Shown here: positions 20,385-29,931 of the stretch, piece by piece
How positions within the stretch are numbered: position 1 is the stretch's first letter
How the letters are laid out: every line of letters begins with the position of its first letter
Assembly: GCA_963720465.1 (NCBI GenBank)
Contig: OY970393.1
Span: forward strand, 160,001 to 224,000
Direction: 5' to 3'
Length of the DNA stretch: 64,000 bases
DNA from: Methanobacteriota archaeon
Lineage (GTDB): Archaea > Halobacteriota > Bog-38 > Methanoflorentales > Methanoflorentaceae
Program-made: the position numbers and the translations under genes
The notes under the pieces: model-generated
Seen by the model: the letters and a program-made list of their open reading frames with translations, nothing else
Told to the model about the DNA's origin: nothing
Database searches by the model: none

Positions 20385-21029
20385 ATGGTTGAACTCGGAA
20401 TTGATACTACAGTGCTCCTCGCGCTCTTTGCGCTTATCGGAACGGTTGTAGTAGCATTTATCAATGGTATGTTCACCATCGTACGCGTGTGGTTGGACCC
20501 GCGCCGGCAAAGGCAGGAAGAGCTTAGACAACAGCAAGGGCTGGTTAAAGCGCTCTATAATGAAGTCATACATATGTGCAAGTTTTTGCTCGATAAGCCG
20601 GAGACGATCGCCGCGGCTCCTAATAGCTATTTTAATCTCGATGTTTATTATGCGACACGCAAGGACCCTATTAAGTTTTTCATGCTACCTACAGCGCACG
20701 AGCTTGACAGCTTCTACATGGAATTCCTTGACCTGAAAAATGAGTTAAAGACGATACTGAAAAAAAAAGGCACAGGCAGCCCCAAAGAGGCAATAACCAA
20801 AGCACTCGAGCGCATTGCAACTGATATTGTATGCAGTACAGCGTGTTTAAACCAGGTAGCGACAACGATCACGGGTGTTCCCAGTGCACGAGAGCAGTTG
20901 CTGGACCTCCTTAACAACGCACAAGATGAAGCGTGCCACAAACACCTGATTCCCGAGAAACAGAACCTCCGCCAACTATTTGGACTCGAACCCCCCACTG
21001 CAGGCCTAGAGAGGTACACTCCGTGCTAG
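20385..21029 (+). CDS. Membrane-anchored hypothetical protein
   Basis: N-terminal TM segment, KALYNEVI and LDVY...DP..FF.L..AHELDSFY motifs shared with the 12.5-13.4 kb pseudogene. Confidence 0.7.
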   Translation: MVELGIDTTVLLALFALIGTVVVAFINGMFTIVRVWLDPRRQRQEELRQQQGLVKALYNEVIHMCKFLLDKPETIAAAPNSYFNLDVYYATRKDPIKFFMLPTAHELDSFYMEFLDLKNELKTILKKKGTGSPKEAITKALERIATDIVCSTACLNQVATTITGVPSAREQLLDLLNNAQDEACHKHLIPEKQNLRQLFGLEPPTAGLERYTPC

Positions 21030-21958
21030 CTGCAGTCATCACTTTTTTTGCAAAAAAGATTCGTTATGTTACGCTTTTCAGCCGTATAGGTGGTGAGCAA
21101 CTCATCTTTTGACATCGGCGTCACCGTGTTAGTTTCTTCATTGATTTCCAAGAAGGTTGTAAAGCCATAAGATGTGAGCAGCTCTAAGAACGTCTCGGCG
21201 CTGGTGCCAAACTCTTTTAAGCCAAGGGGCCAGAACTCTGTAATAAGTCTGATCTCTCTATTAACCTTCAATAAATTCTCCATTCCTCTTATCGCCCCAT
21301 ATTCTGCTCCCTCAATATCGATCTTGATCAGATGTACCGGCGGAAACGTTGGATTGAAATACTGGTCTAAGGTGGTTACGTCGACAAAGATGCACTCTCT
21401 GTGTTCTTCGGTGCGATAAATTCGATGCGTCGATGTTTCGTTTGGGGCTAGGTAGAGCTGGGTACTACCGTTCGCATTCGAGACCGCTTTATTAGCGAGA
21501 ACGACGTTGGTGAGATTGTTGTGTTCGACGTTTTTCTTAAGCAACGTTAAGTTCTTTGGCTCAGGCTCAAAGGCGTATACCTTTCCGGTCTCGCCGACAA
21601 TCTGCGCAGCAAGTATCGTATAATAACCGATATTCGCTCCAATGTCTATGACTGTGTTCCCTGGTTGTATGTGTTCGGTAAACATGTGTGTCGCGAGCGG
21701 TTCCACCACTCCGAATAACGACATTTCAAGGTGATAAGACTCGTTCGATGCGAGAAACAAGGTATTGCCCGCCACCTTAGCCACTGTCGGTTTGAGATTC
21801 GAACGCAGCAGTTTGTGGGTAATTATGATTAGGTGGGTCTTGTTTATTCCGATCCTCGACAAAAGCTCTATGGTAAGCCTCAAGAACTTATGGAATATGG
21901 TCAACGCATTTAGGCCCTGCACCTTGGGCCGGTGGCGTAGAATATCAGAGTTCCACAT
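21026..21958 (-). CDS. FkbM-family SAM-dependent methyltransferase
   Basis: VIDIGANIGYYT, VYAFEPEP, LIKIDIEGAE. Confidence 0.9.
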   Translation of the reverse strand: MWNSDILRHRPKVQGLNALTIFHKFLRLTIELLSRIGINKTHLIIITHKLLRSNLKPTVAKVAGNTLFLASNESYHLEMSLFGVVEPLATHMFTEHIQPGNTVIDIGANIGYYTILAAQIVGETGKVYAFEPEPKNLTLLKKNVEHNNLTNVVLANKAVSNANGSTQLYLAPNETSTHRIYRTEEHRECIFVDVTTLDQYFNPTFPPVHLIKIDIEGAEYGAIRGMENLLKVNREIRLITEFWPLGLKEFGTSAETFLELLTSYGFTTFLEINEETNTVTPMSKDELLTTYTAEKRNITNLFCKKSDDCS

Positions 21959-22706
21959 CTCTCATCTGCAACAGGTAACTTGAAACGCGTCTTAGTGCAT
22001 TTCGTCATTTCTGCAGTCGAACTGCCTGCAGACTCGTCGCAATACAGCATTTACCCACAATATTCTGATACTCACTAACATATAGAAACTAGATACATGA
22101 CTCAAATAAAATCCAAATCTGCCTGTAGCAAATCATTCTTTTACTACTAGCGTCACAATTAAACATCGAAATGTATGTCGCCGTATGTTAAAGTTTTCGG
22201 CAAATAGTCTGCACTAGTTCGCGTATCCTTTCCGCTGCGCTGCAGATCACTTTCACGCGAGCCCAGAATTTAGAACGGCTTACGGGATGTCACGAGCTTT
22301 AATAATCTCGCTGCCGGAGTGCCATCATTGTAAAGGCCTAGGGTGGTTGGTCCAAAGCTGCATAATTCAAAATCTATACTACGTGAAGTGAATAACGCCA
22401 GTATATCGCTCCTACAAGGGCGATAGTGGCTTAAAATTCCTGTTCAGAGAGGTTAAAAGGAACCTCTCGCGGCGCTACTTTGTTGGCCTCTACGAAATTA
22501 TGCGGGGGGCAGCTACTACTTCTGTCTAAAATCGCAGAAGAATAACCCAGCGTCCTATGATCTTCTTTTTAACGACAACAGCCAGTTTAGAGCATTACGG
22601 AACAAAGCACGTTTAAGGGCCTTTCTTAGCTTATCTGCTGATCTGCAGTTAGCCGCGTGCGGCCAATCACAATGACTAAGTGTCTTCCGCTGACCCATCT
22701 ACCATT

Positions 22707-23012
22707 ATGCTAGCCCCCGAACATTGGTCAGAGCTTTTTTCAAACGGTGCGTATCCAAAAAATGAGCTGCTACAGATCCATCATAGCAAAATCTCGCTTC
22801 ACCGCGCAAAAACTGGTTACGACTACCCAACAATTCGGCTCCCACACACATTCTCGCGACTCACAGGTTTGTCCACCTGAATCTATCAGACCGCTCACGA
22901 GGGAGCGTTGGCTTTTCGCGTGGTCATTTCACGAACAGAAAAAGCCTCAGAAAGTCGCGAATCCTCCGTCTTCATACGGCGAAGGTCGGGCGTTCGAATC
23001 GCCATCCCCTGA
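22707..23012 (+). mobile_element. Small ORF family copy 4 (putative int(N), nonsense codon at 22878) running through a tRNA 3'-half-like att sequence (22967-23003)
   Basis: Close homolog of 17769-18107. After the in-frame TGA it continues IYQTAHEGALAF...SSVFIRRRSGVRIA; CGTCTTCATACGGCGAAGGTCGGGCGTTCGAATCGCC contains an anticodon arm and T-arm. Confidence 0.7.
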
Positions 23013-23040
23013 AGCGTCTTTGATGGCTCGGTTCGGTTTC

Positions 23041-25064
23041 TTACGCTTCCGCTATAGTCGAAATCCCGCGCTCTTTTGAGACCCGAAATATCTGATCTGC
23101 GAAGCTCTCGAGCTCTCGTTCGTGCGAGACGATAATCACCTGTGGACACTCGAGCTCGGTGAGGATATCCTGCACTTTGAGCAGCTGTTCTTTACTGAAG
23201 CCGTCCGTGGGCTCATCAAGGATAAGCAGATTCGACTCCATCGACGTTGCGACCTTGCGCACGATCATATTAAGCGCGAGCCGGTACGCGAGTGCCACGC
23301 TCGTTTTCTCACCGCCACTCAGATAATTCACATTTTGCTCGTAGCCGTCCTGCTCGACAATAATGGAGAAGTCCTCGTCGATGCGCGCGCTCTTTGTTGG
23401 ATCTTTCACCAGCAGCTCAAACCACTGTTGGAAGAACTGATTGAACTCCTGTTGGAACGCGATCATGACGTGCCGTTCAATCGCTTCCAAGGCCTTTATG
23501 AAGTAATCTGCAAGCCAAATCCTATTTTCAGTCAAAAAACGCGCTTTTTTGACGTCGCGCTCCTTTGCTTCAACTTCGCGTTCCAGGGAGGCTACGAGCT
23601 TTTTTTGCTGCTCGACGGTAGCTTCTAGTGACGACACTTTCTTACCGATCCTCGACATGGCGTCGGCCGTTTCGCGTCTTTTGCCCTCTAAGTTTGCCAG
23701 ATCCACGGCGATCTGCTTCATTCGTTCTACTTCATCGCGCGCCTTTCCTAACGACGATCCGAGCGTTGCAACCTCCTGCTCGGCGGTGCGTATTTTTTCC
23801 TCGTTGCGCGCGATTTTCTGTCGTACCATCTCCGCTGGCGCTTGCAGCAGCGCAAGTTTGTCTTGCGACCGGCTGTACGCGTCAAGAGCATTGAGCAGCG
23901 CTTTCGCCTCAGTGAGACCTTTTTCTATGCGTCGATTTGCTGCTGCAGCGTATCCTTTCTGGCCTTTTCAGCTGCGATCTTTTTCGTAAACTGCGCAGCG
24001 TCGGCCTCTCGTCCACACGTTGGGCAGACCCCTTCTGCGCGAATACGCTCGTAATTTCTGAGGGCAGAATCAACAAAAGCAGCTTCCTTCGCACATTTAG
24101 TATGCGATTGATCGAGCGCGTCAATCGATGCTTTGAGCTCGCTCTCTTCTTGCTCAGTCGGCCTTTTGAGCGCTCGCAATCCTTCGATCTCCCCCTCCCG
24201 CGTCGTGAGCTCTCTAGTGGCGTCAGCGAGTTCACGCTGTGCGACCCGGATGTCGTCTTGTGCTCTTTCTATCTGTCGTTCGAGCTGCGGAATTCCTCCC
24301 TCGGCTTGAGCAAGTGCCTCTTTCTGGCCGCGCAAATTTTTAAGTTGCTCATCAAGGGCGTCAAGCTCGCGTTGCAGCGCATCCTCTTCGATCCGTTTGT
24401 GTGCGATCGTCTGTTCGGCGTGGCGGATATCACCACTCAGGGAGAGCACCTCGGCGCGCTTGGTTTCCACGTCTAACGCGGAAGCCTCGAGAATCGCGGC
24501 TCGAGTGTTGCACGCAGTTGAGACGAGCTGAGCGTTATCTCGCGCGATCTTGTAGTCCTCGATTCGGAGCACCTTGTAGAGCGTTTTTAGTCGCTCCTGT
24601 GGATTGAGCGCTAAAATTGCCTTCATCTCCTCTTGAGGGGTGAAGATCGCATAGCGATAGATCAGACTCTGTGCTCGTGGGTCTCGAGGCTCGTTGAACC
24701 TCAGTATCTCCAGGATGCATTCCTTTAGCTCTGCCGGACTGAAACCCGTCACGCCGTTAGGCCCTTCAAGGTGCCCCTCCGCCTGCTGGACGTTGCCGCC
24801 TTTCCGTACGAGCGTCCGGCGCACGATATATTCGTCACCATCGACGGCAAATGCGAGACTAACGGAGCCTTTGGACTCGTTTGTCTTGAGCAGGGAGCCG
24901 CCCTTTTGCGATCCAAGGCCGAAGAGCGCGAATTCGATGGCCATCAGAATGGTAGACTTCCCTGAACCGATGTCGCCTTCAAAGAGCGATATGCCTTGGG
25001 GGAACGCTATCGTCGCCGTCTTATAACTCCTGACGTTTTCAAGTTTAAGCGAGCGTAGTATCAC
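23041..25064 (-). CDS. rad50: Rad50/SbcC ATPase, split by a 1-bp frameshift at about 23928
   Basis: Walker [10 protein letters not shown], coiled coil, CPTC zinc hook, LSGGE signature, LILDEPT Walker B. Adding one base at GACGC^ATAGAA joins the two ORFs. Confidence 0.88.
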
Positions 25065-26323
25065 TTCTCAAAGGCTCCTTTCAGTTGAAGGACTCCGAGC
25101 GCGTCTTCGATCATGCGCGCCTCGTACTCCTTCTTGTTCTCAGTAGCGCTTTTGTCCTCTTTCAGAACCCGTAGTAGTTCAAGGGAGAGATTGACGCCTA
25201 AATCACCCTGGAGCTCAGGAATGTTGGCTTGTACAGTCCCAACGTTCTCCTTGAAGAGCCGTTCTTCGATGACTGTTACATCCTCTCCAGCGACCTTTAT
25301 CGCGGCGTAGTCAGCTGAAGTGAGGCCGCGGCGACCGAGGTGCACGTCGACAGCGCCGCGTTCGTAAAGCAGGTTCTGCAAGTGTACAAAGTCTATATCA
25401 GACGTCTTTCCACCGGATAATTCGCCCCGTATCTTCAATACGACGATCTTACCGTCCACGTCAAGGCCGCCAAATGATTCGGCGAGTGTGTCTTGGGCGC
25501 GCGACGAATTGAGCCCTGTTAGATTATACTCTTTGTACGTGCTCTCGACCAAACCCGTTTCAACGAACTCCACGTCCGTGACCGTTTGATCGAAGCTTAT
25601 GATGTAAAATCCCCGGCGCTCGCCCCTGGCCGTGAACTCAAAATCGCGCCCATAACCAGCGAAAAGCGGTCCGGGGAACACGATCCTGTCGTATCCTGGG
25701 AGGCGGTGCTCTGAGTGCTGATGAACGTGTCCACCGGCGTAGTAGTCAAAACCCTTTGGGAAGAGCGAGATAGGGATTGAGTCCATCCTAGTGAGGTACT
25801 CGGGCTTGAGCTCGTCAATGCCGGAGTGAAAGGCAAAGATCTTGAACCCGTCGAGACATTCGAGATCGTCTCGATCGAGCATGTCGTAGTACTCGCGCTC
25901 TAATCCTATCCGTCGCGCTGAGATACCAACGAGCTTCGCGCCCGTACGCGCGTCTACGACGCACTCGAGTTTGAGCGTGCCGTCGATGACTTGTGGCTTG
26001 ACAATCTTCGTTAGGAGGCCAGCGCTTTCGATCACGTCTATAATGGACGTGCTCGTCGGCGTATAATCATGGCTTCCGTAAATAGCGTAAATCGGTATGC
26101 CGTGTTCGGTAACGTCTCGCATCTTTGCAACGGCTTGCCTTACTGTGTTGAGATCCGAGGGCACCCCGACGTGGAACAGGTCCCCTGAGATGACAATGAA
26201 ATCGACCTTGCGCGTAATGCAAATGTCCATGGCTCGCACAAAGGCGCCGATCTCCAACTCCGCCATCTTCCCGTGTCGGTTTGCACCGAGATGGACGTCT
26301 GCCATATGGGCAAATTGATGCAT
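25061..26323 (-). CDS. mre11: Mre11/SbcD nuclease
   Basis: ADVHLG, SGDLFH, GSHD, FHSG, GGHVH metallophosphoesterase motifs. Confidence 0.92.
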   Translation of the reverse strand: MHQFAHMADVHLGANRHGKMAELEIGAFVRAMDICITRKVDFIVISGDLFHVGVPSDLNTVRQAVAKMRDVTEHGIPIYAIYGSHDYTPTSTSIIDVIESAGLLTKIVKPQVIDGTLKLECVVDARTGAKLVGISARRIGLEREYYDMLDRDDLECLDGFKIFAFHSGIDELKPEYLTRMDSIPISLFPKGFDYYAGGHVHQHSEHRLPGYDRIVFPGPLFAGYGRDFEFTARGERRGFYIISFDQTVTDVEFVETGLVESTYKEYNLTGLNSSRAQDTLAESFGGLDVDGKIVVLKIRGELSGGKTSDIDFVHLQNLLYERGAVDVHLGRRGLTSADYAAIKVAGEDVTVIEERLFKENVGTVQANIPELQGDLGVNLSLELLRVLKEDKSATENKKEYEARMIEDALGVLQLKGAFEK

Positions 26324-26334
26324 CGTTGAAAGCC

Positions 26335-27930
26335 TCAGACAACTCTTCGGTTGGGTTTTAGGTGAATGTCGTGCTTGTCTTCAGGGGTATCTCTAGTGGG
26401 GTATTCTGCCACGTAGTCGTCAAAGAGTGGTACCTGGATAGGAATTGCAAATTTGGTGAATATGCTGCTTACGATAGCCTCCCCTTTGTCCAAACTACCA
26501 ATCGTCGCGTAGTCCTCCTTGAGGTCTTGTGCGGCGCTACTGATGATCGCGTTTCGTTCGCTCGCCATCTCGTTTCCGAAGATGATCTTAGTATTCAGGT
26601 TTGCTAAGACCGTAGTGGGGATAACGCTCGTTAACTGGGTAATCGCCACGAGGCCGATCTTAAATTTCCTTCCTTCGCGCGCGACGGTGCTGTACGTGGT
26701 ATCGCCCCCTTGACTTAGCACATCGGCGCCGAGCACGCGCGGGGCCTCCTCAATCACGATGCTTACCACGGGCTTGTCCTCGAGTTTGGAAACGCCGCTG
26801 CTCCCGGTCTCTTGTTTGTACCTTTGATACTTCGTCAAAATCTCGTTTATGACCAGGCTTCCGATAAGGAGCTCAGCTTTGTCGCTAAGCCTCGACGTAT
26901 CCACGACAACGATCATCCCGCTTTCCAGAGCTGCGATCATTTCGCTGAGCGTCGACTCTCCTGAGGTGGCGCTGAAGGCTCGGTTGTAACAGATAAGGTC
27001 TCCTTGCTCGTTGACGTCTAAACCCAATGCCGTCTTAAACTTCCTTTGAAGGACAGCTGCGGTCATTGGGGCGACGTTTTCAGGTCGCTCGTCTTTAAAG
27101 ATGGCTGCGATCCACTGTTTATCCTTTTTATGGGCGAAGTAATAGCCGTACAGCGCTTCAGACTGCGCGTCAGTGAGGTTGACAAGCTCCTCAATATGCC
27201 ACGGCATTATCGATTTTAGGTTGATAACAAGCGTACTTGTTCCCGCGGGGGCCGCAAGCGAGTAGTACTTTATCTTATCTTTCGCGTCAGGGTGATTGCT
27301 GAGGCCGAGTTCTTTGCCCCTGCCGCCGTAATACTCGTCGTGCGCGTCGAGGACCAACACTCCGAGGTCGTCGTCGTTTACCACGCTCCACAGCAGAACC
27401 TTCACAAGGTTGCTTTTTCCTCTGCCCGTCGTCGCGGGGATGAGCACGTGGTGGGTGAACAAATCCTGTGCGTTGAGCCTCACGGGCACGTCGAGAACGT
27501 TCGATCCGCTCCGCACCTTGCCGAGGAACGCCGTGTTCTCAGGTACCTCCATGAACTGAAGGTCCTCGTTAATTACGTGCCGCACCGAGGAGAAAAAGTC
27601 AGGCAGCGCCTTTGGAATCGTGACCTGCGTTCCCGAAACCAAGGCGACCGCTCGAGCTTCGGCCAAAACATAGTTCCGCAGACTTGGATCGAAGAACTCC
27701 AGACTGCCTCCGCGACCTTCCAGTTCTAGTCCAGCAGTGAGTTCGAGCAGGTTCTGAGAAACCTGACTGCCATAGAACAGGTTGTGAACCTGAAGGATAA
27801 GCGAACCACCTTCGCCGCTTTCTGCAACCAAAAGATTTCCCAGCTCTATTTTCGCGTCAGTCTTCTCTCTGATAAGGATATGTGCCACCTTGCCGGCGAT
27901 GACTTGGCCGACGATCTCCAATTCTTCCAT
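26335..27930 (-). CDS. herA: HerA helicase/ATPase
   Basis: HAS-barrel-like N-terminus, [34 protein letters not shown]. Confidence 0.9.
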   Translation of the reverse strand: MEELEIVGQVIAGKVAHILIREKTDAKIELGNLLVAESGEGGSLILQVHNLFYGSQVSQNLLELTAGLELEGRGGSLEFFDPSLRNYVLAEARAVALVSGTQVTIPKALPDFFSSVRHVINEDLQFMEVPENTAFLGKVRSGSNVLDVPVRLNAQDLFTHHVLIPATTGRGKSNLVKVLLWSVVNDDDLGVLVLDAHDEYYGGRGKELGLSNHPDAKDKIKYYSLAAPAGTSTLVINLKSIMPWHIEELVNLTDAQSEALYGYYFAHKKDKQWIAAIFKDERPENVAPMTAAVLQRKFKTALGLDVNEQGDLICYNRAFSATSGESTLSEMIAALESGMIVVVDTSRLSDKAELLIGSLVINEILTKYQRYKQETGSSGVSKLEDKPVVSIVIEEAPRVLGADVLSQGGDTTYSTVAREGRKFKIGLVAITQLTSVIPTTVLANLNTKIIFGNEMASERNAIISSAAQDLKEDYATIGSLDKGEAIVSSIFTKFAIPIQVPLFDDYVAEYPTRDTPEDKHDIHLKPNRRVV

Positions 27931-27935
27931 GCGTG

Positions 27936-29047
27936 TTACCCCAATGTGTTTAAGAGGCTATGAGCATCAGTAGCCTTGACGTGCCGGTAAAACTTCTCCC
28001 ACTTCCCCATCGTGGCCATCTGCGAGCGCAGTATGGTGTAATAATGCTCGCGCTCGGAACTCGTTACTCGCGCAAAGCGGTCGGCGTCGATGAGCCCATA
28101 CGGGTATCCCGGGAACGTGTAATCCGTTGAATTTCGCACGAGCTGCGTGAGAATCTCGCTGAGCGCACGCTCATCAAGTGATTGAAATTGATCTCTTTGG
28201 ATCTCGAGTCGGAATATGCGCTCTGAAATCGCGTTGAGCTTTACGCCGAGTATGAACACATAGTGATCCTTGTTCGTCGCGTCCGCTATCGGGTAGTACC
28301 ATTCTGAGATAATGCCTTTTTCAGACGAGAGCTTGTCAAGCGCGCCGAGCAGCGAATAGCCCGTGTCAGTGAAAAGAGCGCTCGTCTTAGAAAGTCCTGC
28401 GAGAACGACCCCTTTCTTCTGTGCCGCCTGGCTGAGCTCGTTCAAATACTCGTACTCATTCGGAAACGCCGTCTGAAGGGTGCCATCGAGCACTATCACG
28501 TCGCCAGCAACGAGCTCGTTTTCAACAACGCTCTTTGCCAGCACGAGCTCTGAGAATCGTCGCGAGATAGAGCCGACTCGATAGATGTCCGCACGCTGAT
28601 TTCCGACGGTGATCGACCGATCCATCGAGCTAAACGAGAGATCACGTTCTCGCGGGAGAATGGTCTCTTCATCGGAGAGCGGGACAAGCGTGGTGTGTAC
28701 TGGATCTCTCCTCTGTCGAAGTCGGAGAACGTCGCTGCGAAGAACTCGACCCGCTTGGGGATGGACCTTTCGGGTATCCTTGTGTTTCCGTTCCAAACGC
28801 CAAAATAGACCCGGTTGAGTTGGACAGAAAAGTTGGGCGCTCCTAGTATCTCTTGATTGCCGCCATCAACGAACGCCGTTTTTTTGTCGGAATCGAGGCG
28901 TTGGATGATCTTGAATCCGCTAGGCGTGAGTGGGAAAGGCTGTACCCCTCGTTCAGGGAAAAAGGGGTTGCCTATCCTCTCGTCGTCTAAGTGGGAGTCT
29001 AGGCGTTCGATGAGCTCGCCAGCGACTTGTGAAGTTTCCTTCTTCAT
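27936..29047 (-). CDS. nurA: NurA 5'-3' nuclease, split by a 1-bp frameshift at about 28695
   Basis: AFVDGGN in the upstream frame; VLDGTL, LSKTS and [15 protein letters not shown] in the downstream frame. The frames join at TAC^ACACC. Confidence 0.85.
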
Positions 29048-29457
29048 TTGAAGACCTGTAACGATCCAGTGCGCATTGTAAATTAGACAAATTGATAACA
29101 ATATGCAGTCTAGTTATTCCTTGCTATTTGTTTAATTTGAATTTCTTTCAAATTCTGCACAGAAGATGCTGTGCCAAGAATCGTGCTGCCATTTAGTATT
29201 GTTATCAACGACCGGCGACTAATGAATGTCTCCTGAGCGCGTGCCGAAAGTGTGCCGCTCGGCCGTTGGTTAAGATTGCCACATTTTTTTAAAAGGTGAA
29301 CAAGCCGCTCCCCGCAACGTCCTTTTGGCTGCGTGCATGAAACAGTTGACCCAGTGGTTAGCAGTTTTTTATAAAAAAAATGAACGGAGCCCAATATGGC
29401 GTTATCCCGTAGTCGGGTTTATATACGCGTTTTTGTAGACGCATGTTAGGTGATAAC

Positions 29458-29604
29458 ATGGTACGATATCAGAACACGAAGTCGATTACGATCGACAAAC
29501 TTATCGCTCCCTCGCGTCGGCCCACGGAGATCCGAGGGGTCGGCTCTGAAGGAATGCGTGTTGAAAGAACAGGAGTGGACGAAATAAGGCGAGGCGATCG
29601 GTAA
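29458..29604 (+). CDS. Possible 48-aa ORF coupled to the downstream gene
   Basis: AGGTGA RBS, ATG 29458, TAA abutting the next ATG (TAAATG). Confidence 0.3.
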   Translation: MVRYQNTKSITIDKLIAPSRRPTEIRGVGSEGMRVERTGVDEIRRGDR

Positions 29605-29931
29605 ATGCCCTATGCAGACCCCGACCGGCGTCGTGAATACGACAAGGAATACAAGCAGATGGTGCGGGTCCAGGGACGGACAAAAAAAGGCATGGAAACC
29701 CGTCTAACCGCCCTTGAAATTAAAGAGGCTGAAGACCTGCGCGGCCTCGTCAACGAAGTTGTCGATGAGGCACGAAACGCCGATAGCTCTTCTTTACCGC
29801 TTGAGGCCAAGTTGCGAATCAAGTTACGGGCCGTGGAGATCGGCCTTCGGGTCATTGAGATCACGAATCACGAGCGACGGATAGCTGCGCTCGAGGACAA
29901 ATCCCATGGAGAGACACGAACCTCGAATTAG
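29605..29931 (+). CDS. Small helical protein, putative terminase small subunit
   Basis: Overlaps the terL start; C-terminal ERRIAALE coiled-coil motif. Assignment is positional. Confidence 0.5.
   Translation: MPYADPDRRREYDKEYKQMVRVQGRTKKGMETRLTALEIKEAEDLRGLVNEVVDEARNADSSSLPLEAKLRIKLRAVEIGLRVIEITNHERRIAALEDKSHGETRTSN

Noticed and set aside
22300-22650. Possible third decayed member of the ALYxE membrane-anchored family (DKLRKAL..) and two short hairpins
   Set aside because: Requires several frameshifts; not supportable without an alignment.
23900-28720. Programmed frameshifting in rad50/nurA
   Set aside because: No slippery heptamer or long homopolymer at either site; error or mutation is more parsimonious.
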